This document shows, in pieces, positions 28,220 through 35,785 of a DNA stretch of 64,000 nucleotides (its first letter is position 1; each line of letters begins with the position of its first letter). A model generated the notes under the pieces. That model did not search any database, was not told where the DNA came from, and saw only the letters and a list, made by a program, of their open reading frames with translations. The stretch is taken from the IMG/VR virus record IMGVR_UViG_3300037011_001068, positions 32,001-96,000 of that record; one strand, 5' to 3'. The position numbers were made by a program, and so were the translations under genes. Source of the DNA: a virus.

Positions 28220-28450
28220 ATGAACACAAAAGCGGAAGGTGACGCTATTGCAGAAGAAAGAGCAGAGTTTTTCAGGAGAGCGGAAGCGGAAGCTATTGCA
28301 GAAGAAAGAGCAGAGTTTTTCCTGAGAGCGGAAGCGGAGTATGACCGCACGCACCCTCCCATTCCCGGGCCGGGTCCGAGGGAGCGGCTCATTGTGGGGC
28401 GTCGTGCGCTCCCTACGGGGGATGGTGTGTCCGCGCAAACGAGGGATTGA
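28220..28450 (+). CDS. small protein with an internal duplication (AIAEERAEFFxRAEAE x2)
   Basis: 48-bp tandem duplication at about 28243-28339. Confidence 0.55.
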   Translation: MNTKAEGDAIAEERAEFFRRAEAEAIAEERAEFFLRAEAEYDRTHPPIPGPGPRERLIVGRRALPTGDGVSAQTRD

Positions 28451-29442
28451 TGGCTATGTCACATACAAGACCAGTTGAGCTCATGCGAGCAATGGCAGAG
28501 AAATATCCCAATGCATGGAAGGAGTATGCGGACTTTCGGGCGCGTAAAGGCTCCCCAGATTTCGATGATTGGCCATCGTGGTGCTGGGTGCCCCTTCATG
28601 GCGCTTATGCGATCATTTCTGGAGGGGGTGATGAAAAAGTGCCAGATACAATGTTAAACGACGTATCAATCCTTGGGGCTGTTGCGGCCTGGAGGCAAAC
28701 CCAAGGTGTTTATCATATTGATGTTGATCTAGCATTAGAGCTTCTTGAAGTTCCATTCTCTGGTGAAATTCCTTCCGAGGTTCTTTTTTGCCTTCCGGAA
28801 TGGTGTGTGTATGTTGAGCTAAGTGAAGAGGTTTCTTTTTTTGCTCATCTCGATTGGGATGTCAGTGAGCAACATGCAGAGTTACGGGTTGTTTTATTGA
28901 GGAGCGATCGTAAACCTATGCCTATTGTTGCTCATATTTATTCTAAATCAACAATTGAGGAAATGGTCATTGGCACGGAGAGAGAAATAGAGAAGTTGGG
29001 TCTCATGGTTGATGCGGTTAGAAATTTACGCGATCACATCATTTGTACTTTGCGTACTATTATTCCTGTGCTTCTTTATCTCTGTTCAGATAAGCCTGAT
29101 ATAATCGATCGTGCTGGAAAGAGGAGAAAGCCGGGTCCTCCTCCACCTGTATCAACCGCTACTGGACATAAGTTCTTTCCGCCTGCAAATCCAACGCAAT
29201 GGGATGTTGGATATAAGGTAGGAGCGGTGTTAAGAAGTCACAAGGCAGCAGAGTCAATTCGAGGAGAGGGAACGCATGCGTCACCGAAGCCCCATGTCAG
29301 GCGAGCGCATTGGCACTCTTACTGGACAGGCCCTCGGGACGATCTTGAGAAGCGAAGTATCGTGCTGAAATGGATACATCCTCTCCTGGTAGGAGGCGAT
29401 AAGATCATTCCCACGGTTTATCAGGTAAAGAAGGATCCTTAG
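28447..29442 (+). CDS. AcrVA2/FinQ-family protein (anti-CRISPR-like)
   Basis: AAWRQTQGVYHID, LPEWCVYVE, LLYLCSDKPDI and PHVRRAHWHSYW follow AcrVA2 GAWRNTLGIYQLD, LPDWCVYVD, LLWLC..PDI and PHIRRGHWHGYW (recalled sequence). Confidence 0.85.
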   Translation: MMAMSHTRPVELMRAMAEKYPNAWKEYADFRARKGSPDFDDWPSWCWVPLHGAYAIISGGGDEKVPDTMLNDVSILGAVAAWRQTQGVYHIDVDLALELLEVPFSGEIPSEVLFCLPEWCVYVELSEEVSFFAHLDWDVSEQHAELRVVLLRSDRKPMPIVAHIYSKSTIEEMVIGTEREIEKLGLMVDAVRNLRDHIICTLRTIIPVLLYLCSDKPDIIDRAGKRRKPGPPPPVSTATGHKFFPPANPTQWDVGYKVGAVLRSHKAAESIRGEGTHASPKPHVRRAHWHSYWTGPRDDLEKRSIVLKWIHPLLVGGDKIIPTVYQVKKDP

Positions 29443-29468
29443 GAGTTTCTGGATCGGGAGCCTAGGGA

Positions 29469-29765
29469 TTAGAGATTCTTTTCCACGATACATTCAATAA
29501 TGGATACCATGGGGACTCCTTTCTCCGCGGCTGCTAAGCGCAGCCGTTTATGGAGCTCGGCAGAGATATCGAGCGTGACCCGGCGGACTTCGCGTTTGCT
29601 GGGTTTTTTTTGTGGAGAAGAATTTATGGACGAGAATTTGACCTCTTCGGGTTTTGCGAGTGCTGCGGGCTCTGCGGGCTCTGCGGTATCCAAGGGAACC
29701 TCGGTGCCTTGCACCCAGGAGTCGGCGGAGGCCTTCGGGGGGATGATGATTTTTTTCTGGGTCAT
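29469..29765 (-). CDS. ParG-like ribbon-helix-helix centromere-binding protein
   Basis: Flexible N-terminus (ADSWV) and C-terminal [23 protein letters not shown]; coupled to parA. Confidence 0.8.
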   Translation of the reverse strand: MTQKKIIIPPKASADSWVQGTEVPLDTAEPAEPAALAKPEEVKFSSINSSPQKKPSKREVRRVTLDISAELHKRLRLAAAEKGVPMVSIIECIVEKNL

Positions 29766-30400
29766 GACATGTACCCTTTCACGATTTCTGAGAGTACGGC
29801 GAGGATTTCTTGGGCGGCCTTGTTGTCGTCGGTCAGCGGTTGCTCCAAGACCGTGCTTCCAGAGCTCGCGGTTTCAGCAAAGCTGACCCGCTGGCAAATA
29901 GAGGCTGCAAGGACAGGGAGCTGGTATTCCGCGAGAGCGCTTGCCACGTCTCGTCCAATTGCGGTTCCGACGATTTTTCTGTTCACCACGAAGGCGCATT
30001 TCATTTTGGGGTTGTAGATGGCTGCTTCTTTGGCGAGATTCACTACGTCCTGAGCGGCCCATACGTCGTAGGGGGAGGGCTGGACGGGGATCAAGATGAG
30101 GGCGGAGGCGAGCATGGCGCTCCGCACAAGTTCTGTGGTCCGTGGGGGTCCGTCCACGATGACGTGATCATACCCTTTTGCGATGCCGTCGAGGTCTCGG
30201 TGGAGGACCGGTCGATCCATCGCGACGACCGAGAAGAGGGGCGCGATTTGGCGGGTGGCGAGCCAATCCCGGGCGCTCCCTTGGGGGTCCGCGTCCACGA
30301 GGAGGACTTTGTGGTGCCGGAGCGCGAGCCCGGTTGCGAGGTGGAGAGCGACGGTGGTTTTTCCGACGCCTCCCTTTTGGTTCAAAATAGCGATGTGCAT
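29762..30400 (-). CDS. parA: ParA/ParF type Ib partition ATPase
   Basis: [32 protein letters not shown]; AGGAG RBS before the ATG at 30400. Confidence 0.93.
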   Translation of the reverse strand: MHIAILNQKGGVGKTTVALHLATGLALRHHKVLLVDADPQGSARDWLATRQIAPLFSVVAMDRPVLHRDLDGIAKGYDHVIVDGPPRTTELVRSAMLASALILIPVQPSPYDVWAAQDVVNLAKEAAIYNPKMKCAFVVNRKIVGTAIGRDVASALAEYQLPVLAASICQRVSFAETASSGSTVLEQPLTDDNKAAQEILAVLSEIVKGYMS

Positions 30401-30424
30401 GATTACTCCTTTCAGTGGTACAGT

Positions 30425-30455
30425 AAATCCAGAAATCCAGTATTCTGGATTTCCG
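30425..30455. promoter_or_regulatory. repeat/palindrome upstream of parA (candidate operator or centromere)
   Basis: AAATCCAGAAATCCAGTATTCTGGATTT: direct plus inverted copies of AAATCCAG. Confidence 0.6.
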
Positions 30456-30502
30456 GGTGCTAGGTGTATCGGAGCGCGTTCTTGGAAGCAAGGAAATAAT
30501 GC

Positions 30503-30531
30503 TTGACATAGGAGGCAATTTGCCTCATAGT
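30503..30531 (+). promoter_or_regulatory. sigma70-type promoter with the shared operator
   Basis: TTGACA-N17-CATAGT; 28 bp identical to 17897-17924. Confidence 0.8.
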
Positions 30532-30556
30532 GAAGGATGAGGTAAAGGAGGCGACC

Positions 30557-30934
30557 ATGAAGCGGTATCGGACGATTGAAGAGGTGACGGTCCAGCGGTG
30601 GTATTACGTGGCGGATGGCGCTGTGGACCATATCTGTCAGCAGTCGGAAGTGATGGGCCCCTACTCGTGCCGGCCGGACAAGTCGGAAGAGATGGCTATT
30701 CGGTGGGTGGATGCGGATGGGTATCTCTACATTGAGCAACCTCAGTATAAGTGGAGGATCGTGGCTCGTTACAAGCAGTGGATTGGGAAGAGCGATCCAA
30801 GTAATTTTGGACAGTTTTTTGTCTATTCTAATGATCCTTCGTGGTTGCACGAACACGCGAACAAGTTAAAATCTCGCGGACACAAAGTATACCGAATAGA
30901 GAAGGTTCTTTACATAGGAAGAGGTGTTTCATGA
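30557..30934 (+). CDS. hypothetical protein
   Basis: AAGGAGG RBS. Confidence 0.6.
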   Translation: MKRYRTIEEVTVQRWYYVADGAVDHICQQSEVMGPYSCRPDKSEEMAIRWVDADGYLYIEQPQYKWRIVARYKQWIGKSDPSNFGQFFVYSNDPSWLHEHANKLKSRGHKVYRIEKVLYIGRGVS

Positions 30935-31203
30935 AACGAGAACAGGCGAAAAAGATGTCGGGTGTGCATTTAGAGGAGTATCTGGATGCGTTTCACCAGG
31001 AGACTTCACTGCGATTATCAAAGGCGGAGTTTCAGCGCGTGCTGGAAGAATTCTTTTTCCTAACATTTGATGCTTATGTTGGCGGAGAGGGGGATCGAGC
31101 GGAGGCTTGGGATAAGTTCGAGAAATGGTTATGGGGAAAAAATACGAATATATCGCCGATTGCGGTATTTCGGGCAGTGGATAATGTGGATTCCTACACG
31201 TAA
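30931..31203 (+). CDS. hypothetical protein
   Basis: GAGG RBS; ATGA overlap. Confidence 0.55.
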   Translation: MKREQAKKMSGVHLEEYLDAFHQETSLRLSKAEFQRVLEEFFFLTFDAYVGGEGDRAEAWDKFEKWLWGKNTNISPIAVFRAVDNVDSYT

Positions 31204-31222
31204 AACGTAAAGGAGGTTTCTA

Positions 31223-31471
31223 ATGACATTGAAAGAAATTTTGAAGCACGCACGCATGCTGGCTTTTGCGGGTGCGGAAAGCCTGCAATCGTTGGATGAA
31301 GTTGAGATGCTCGGTGATTAGCATTTGGAAATTTTGGAGCTTGCGGTGGAGGACCTCGGACGCGCGAAGGAGGAAATCGAGGTTCTTCTGGGGAGGATTC
31401 GGAAAGAATGCGAGGGCGCTTTTACCGACGCGGCAACGCGGACTGGAATGTACGATCGCGACGAGGGTTGA
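31223..31471 (+). pseudogene. helical small gene interrupted by an in-frame TAG at 31319
   Basis: Strong AAGGAGG RBS; the frame stays open and protein-like after the TAG until TGA 31469, just before the PHP gene. Confidence 0.5.
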
Positions 31472-31475
31472 GGCT

Positions 31476-32165
31476 ATGCGGATTGATCTTCACATCCACA
31501 CCCAGGGAAGCGATGGCATCGGGAGGCCTTCGGAGATTGCCGAGGCGGCGGTCCGGGCTGGGCTCGAGGGGATTGCCATCACGGACCACCATCGCACACG
31601 GACTAAGGCGGGCGAGCAAGTGGCGGAGGCGTGCCGGGCGCGAGGCCTTCTCGTGGTCCGCGGGGCGGAGTATTCGGCAGCCGAGGGGCATGTTTTGGTT
31701 TTCGGGGTGGCAATGGAGGACCTCGCTTTTGGGTTCTATGCCCCCATGCAGACCGTGATTCAGCGGGCATGGGAAGCCGGTGGGGTGGCTATCCCGGCTC
31801 ACCCCTACCACGGATACCGTTCTTGCCTTGGGAGTGGTCTAGCGGCCCTCTCTGGCCTTGTGGCGGTGGAGACCTTCAACGGCCAGGTGGAGACTCGTTC
31901 CCCGGAGGAAAATTGGATGGCTCGGGTGGCGGCGCAGGCGATGGGCCTTCCAGGGGTGGGCGGGAGCGACGCTCATTTTCCTCTGGCTGTGGGGCGATGC
32001 TTTACCCACTTCCAGGGGCAATTTCTGGACGCTCGGCAGGTAGTGGCGGCACTTCGGGGAGGGCAAGGATTCTTGGCTTGCGCCAGAGTGCTGGACAAGT
32101 CCGCAATTTTGAAGCAAAACAAAAGGTATGGACGTGCAATTCTCAGTAAAAAGAAAGCCAGTTGA
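31476..32165 (+). CDS. PHP-domain metal-dependent phosphoesterase
   Basis: DLHIHT, SDG, AITDH, GAE, GH, AHP, GGSDAH. Confidence 0.9.
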   Translation: MRIDLHIHTQGSDGIGRPSEIAEAAVRAGLEGIAITDHHRTRTKAGEQVAEACRARGLLVVRGAEYSAAEGHVLVFGVAMEDLAFGFYAPMQTVIQRAWEAGGVAIPAHPYHGYRSCLGSGLAALSGLVAVETFNGQVETRSPEENWMARVAAQAMGLPGVGGSDAHFPLAVGRCFTHFQGQFLDARQVVAALRGGQGFLACARVLDKSAILKQNKRYGRAILSKKKAS

Positions 32166-34689
32166 GCGAAGGCCTATTAAGAGGCAGCCTATCCTCGCTC
32201 CAGAGAATTCAGAAAATTCAAAAATAGACCCGCTGGGTAGCCAAAAGCTTCTCCGCGCTTCGTGCGCTTTTTTCGCGCAGGATGTCTTGGGGGGTCCAGC
32301 AATTGCCCCCTACCATGGGCGGTTTCTTGTGAGTGAGCATCACGAGGAATGGGATGACTTGATAGTCCGGTATCTTCGTCTGGTGATTCTCGCTCCTCGG
32401 GACCATGGAAAATGTGGGCGAGGGAATGAGCTTCTGCTCGCGGCGGATGGATCTCGTGTGCGGCTGGATCAGTGGCAGGGGGGTTATCTCTGGGTGTATA
32501 GGGAGCAGGATCAATCTTTCGTTCCGGTGTACGCTCCGAAATCTCGGAGAAATGGAGTGCATCCTGTATACGCCGTGAGAACACGCACGGGGCGAGAGCT
32601 CGTTGTTACGGGCAATCATCGTTTTCTTTTAGAAGACGGTTGGAAGGAGACAGCAGAGCTCCTGGTCGGGGATCGGATTGCATTGGCGCAGAGGATCCCT
32701 TCCCCCAAAGGGCTTCCTTGTTCTAATGCTTGGATTCTTGGGTTGCTGTTAGGAGACAAGGGGATTTTTGGGAAAGAGGTTGCAAGTAAACGTGTTCCAG
32801 CAATTATTTTTCAGGCGCGAAAAACGGATATAGCAGATTTTTTGGGTGGGTATTTTGATTCGAGTGGGGTGCTGAATTTTTATGGCGGAGGGTCGCTTGA
32901 ATTCTGTTCGAGATCAGAAGGATTGCTTCAAGATGTGCAGCATTTGCTTGGTCGTTTTGGCATCATCGCGTCTTTAAGCTCCAAGGTTGAAACGCATATC
33001 GGAGAGTCATACTACTCTTTTCGATTGGTCGTTTGTGGTACTGATGTTTTCCGTTTTGCAGAGGCAATTTCTTTGCAGAGCAGCAAGCGGATGGTACTCA
33101 AAAAGCTTGTGGCGGAGCAAAAGAAACGAGGCATTTCTACTGAGTCTTCCGCTTCTCAATGGAAAGGGGATCAACCTATTTTTTGGGATGAGGTCATGGC
33201 GGTTGAGGCGCAAGCGCCCTGCATGACTTGGGCTCTTCAGGTTCCTGATACCCAGACATACCTAGCGAATGACATCGTAAATCATAATACTTATTTTTTT
33301 GATTTCGCTTACGTTATTTGGAAAGCGTGGAGCAATCCAGGAGGAACAGGGTTCATTTTCTCGGCCACAAAACCGCAAGCAGAGAGAATTTTAGAGGACA
33401 TAAAGAATGAAATTGAGAATAACCCCAAGCTTGCACATCTAGTTCCGAATGAGCAGAAAGGGCGGAAGTGGAGCTCTGGGTACATTCGGCTCTCGAATGG
33501 GCATCGTATTTATGCTAGAGGCTATGGGTCGCGTGTTAGAGGGGCGCACCCTGATTATATAATCGTGGATGATGGGATCAATGATGAATCACTTTACTCA
33601 GAAATGGTCAGAAAAAAGCAATCGGACTATTTCTTTACCGCTATCTCTAACATGATTATCCCCGGTGGACAAATTTTAGTGGTGGGAACGCCTTTTCATT
33701 CAAGCGATCTGTATGGGGAGCTCCAGAGTAACCCGGAGTATGAGTTTCGGAAGTACCCTGCCATCAAATCTGATGGTACACCGCTTTGGCCTGATCGATA
33801 TTCTATTGGGCGACTAGAGGCCAAGAAGAGAGAAATTGGTACAATTCGGTTTACGCGAGAATTCATGGTGGACCCGGTGTCGGACGATATGAGTCTTTTT
33901 CCTATCGGGCTCTTCCGCGGGCAGCAGGTGGAGCTCTTCCATGTACGGCTAGGGATGCCTCTGGATTTCTGGAAGCGGGCTGGTGTGATCCCTTACATGG
34001 CGGCGGATTTCGCGATTTCCTCGAACGTCAAAGCAGACTACTTTGTGATTTTCGTGTTGGGGCTCGACAAGTTTGGCAATCGCTGGATCATCGATATTGC
34101 GCGGCATCATGGGATGTCCTATCAAGATCAGCTCTCCGAGATCAATCGGCTGGGGCGAAAATACGAGCCAGCTCTTATTTTCCTCGAGTCTAATCAAATG
34201 CAGCGAATCTTTGGGGATGAGCTCATTCGGACTACTGATCTTCCGATTCGGAAATTCGAGACCACCGCGGCGAAGAACGCTCTCGATAAGGGGGTGCCTT
34301 CTCTTAGGGTACTCTTGGAGAATGGCAAGGTGCGTATCCCTCGGGGGGACAAGCAATCGGTGGAGCTGACCGATCAGTGGATTGGGGAGATGCACGCCAT
34401 CACTTTTTCTGAGGGCAAGGTGCATAGTACGGCTCCACACGATGATACCGTGATGGCTTTTTGGATTTGTGATCAAGCCATTAGGCACGGAGGGTTTCAG
34501 TTTACGTTTGGCGAGGAGTACGGGGAGCCTACGCAGGAGGGATTTCAGGAGCTCATGCAGGAGCTCACGGGGGAGGACTCTTCCCAGAAAAAGGATGTAG
34601 GAACCCCGGCAGCCGTTTCGACGGTCTCTTTGGTTGACGAGGCGGTGGATATCGAGGCTAGAGGCTATCCAGAATTGGGGTATGTGTAG
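32128..34689 (+). CDS. terL: terminase large subunit with intein
   Basis: APRDHGK^T Walker A, RGAHPDYIIVDD, VGTPFH, AADFAIS, HDDTVMA. Confidence 0.93.
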   Translation: MDVQFSVKRKPVERRPIKRQPILAPENSENSKIDPLGSQKLLRASCAFFAQDVLGGPAIAPYHGRFLVSEHHEEWDDLIVRYLRLVILAPRDHGKCGRGNELLLAADGSRVRLDQWQGGYLWVYREQDQSFVPVYAPKSRRNGVHPVYAVRTRTGRELVVTGNHRFLLEDGWKETAELLVGDRIALAQRIPSPKGLPCSNAWILGLLLGDKGIFGKEVASKRVPAIIFQARKTDIADFLGGYFDSSGVLNFYGGGSLEFCSRSEGLLQDVQHLLGRFGIIASLSSKVETHIGESYYSFRLVVCGTDVFRFAEAISLQSSKRMVLKKLVAEQKKRGISTESSASQWKGDQPIFWDEVMAVEAQAPCMTWALQVPDTQTYLANDIVNHNTYFFDFAYVIWKAWSNPGGTGFIFSATKPQAERILEDIKNEIENNPKLAHLVPNEQKGRKWSSGYIRLSNGHRIYARGYGSRVRGAHPDYIIVDDGINDESLYSEMVRKKQSDYFFTAISNMIIPGGQILVVGTPFHSSDLYGELQSNPEYEFRKYPAIKSDGTPLWPDRYSIGRLEAKKREIGTIRFTREFMVDPVSDDMSLFPIGLFRGQQVELFHVRLGMPLDFWKRAGVIPYMAADFAISSNVKADYFVIFVLGLDKFGNRWIIDIARHHGMSYQDQLSEINRLGRKYEPALIFLESNQMQRIFGDELIRTTDLPIRKFETTAAKNALDKGVPSLRVLLENGKVRIPRGDKQSVELTDQWIGEMHAITFSEGKVHSTAPHDDTVMAFWICDQAIRHGGFQFTFGEEYGEPTQEGFQELMQELTGEDSSQKKDVGTPAAVSTVSLVDEAVDIEARGYPELGYV
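32413..33288 (+). mobile_element. intein (292 aa) with a degenerate LAGLIDADG homing endonuclease, in the TerL Walker A motif
   Basis: Begins CGRGNELL, has TGNH, LGLLLGD and FLGGYFDSSG, and ends IVNHN followed by Thr. Confidence 0.9.
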
Positions 34690-34753
34690 CCTAGCCCTTT
34701 TCTAAATTCTGGATTTTCGGTAAGCTGATCTCATCATTGGAGAGGACAAGGCC

Positions 34754-35785
34754 ATGCCAGTTAACGTCGTCAAGACACCGCGCGATGAACGGCTGTGGGA
34801 CAAAGCAAAAAAGCAAGCGGAAAAGCAGGGGCACACGAAGGATTGGGCTTATGTGATGGGGATTTACCAGCACATGAAGGGGATCTCCAAAAGCGAAGAT
34901 CTCGGTAAGAGTATGGTTCTTCCACGGGCGGCAGAGTACCGCATTCCAGGTCAGGTGCCCACTCAGGCAGCGATTGCTTCCTTGGCCGGGCTCACAGCGA
35001 GGCCCGCGCCTATGAGTGAAGCGCGCTTCCTCGCGCAGAGTGGCCATCATTTTTCGGTCGATTCGGTGGTGCAGGGGCTCGGGTTGAATCTGCAGGGGCA
35101 AGCGTATTGGAAAAAAGCGCTTGAGGACATCATTTATGGAAGTAAAAATGAGCTTGTCCTCAAGCAGCGTTTGATCGAGAGGCTTATCCAAGAAAAGGCT
35201 GATCTCGGACTCCGGAAAGCGCTTTATGAGCGCGCGGTGATTCACTGGAAGGACACGATCCAGAAATCGCTTGTTCAGGTGGTGCCTGTGGAGGAGCTTC
35301 AGGGGGAGGTACTCGAGAAGGCGGAGCCGCGGGGCGGGCAATATCATAAGCGCATTCCTCGAGGAGACGGTGGGTACACATACATCTATGATCCAGCAAA
35401 ATACCAGGCGCGGAAGGATGCCCATGTGGACGGAAAAGAAGCGCGGAAGGGCCATATTATAAGGCATATTGAGAAGCGGGTGCGGCGTGCAGGAAAGAAT
35501 GGACTCCATATTTCGGAGCTCGCGGACTTGAGCACTAAGCATGGTGCGGATGCGGTCGCCGAGGTGCTGAAGGATCATTGTGACCGAGGTGTATTCGCGT
35601 TTGAGAAGGGGAGCGGGACTTTCACGCGAGCGCGCAATCGCTTTGTTGAGCGGCGGGGTCCGGTCGTGATCAATCTGGACAAAAAGAATCCCCGAAAGGG
35701 GAAAGGCGAGAAGCTACCGAAACCGACAACCAATTTGCCGGGGAGCAAGCCTGAAAATGCGAGCCAGTATAAACCGAAAATTTGA
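34754..35785 (+). CDS. putative virion-associated protein
   Basis: In the head cluster; several xK(S/A) motifs; LEKA followed by GGQYHKRIP..GGYTYIY. Confidence 0.55.
   Translation: MPVNVVKTPRDERLWDKAKKQAEKQGHTKDWAYVMGIYQHMKGISKSEDLGKSMVLPRAAEYRIPGQVPTQAAIASLAGLTARPAPMSEARFLAQSGHHFSVDSVVQGLGLNLQGQAYWKKALEDIIYGSKNELVLKQRLIERLIQEKADLGLRKALYERAVIHWKDTIQKSLVQVVPVEELQGEVLEKAEPRGGQYHKRIPRGDGGYTYIYDPAKYQARKDAHVDGKEARKGHIIRHIEKRVRRAGKNGLHISELADLSTKHGADAVAEVLKDHCDRGVFAFEKGSGTFTRARNRFVERRGPVVINLDKKNPRKGKGEKLPKPTTNLPGSKPENASQYKPKI

Noticed and set aside
30401-30856. N-terminal extension of ParA in the ORF track
   Set aside because: The RBS and family start point to ATG 30400; the extension overlaps a promoter and a + strand gene.
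22060-31471. Genome-wide stop-codon recoding
   Set aside because: Core genes end normally at TGA, TAG and TAA, and coding density is high under the standard code.
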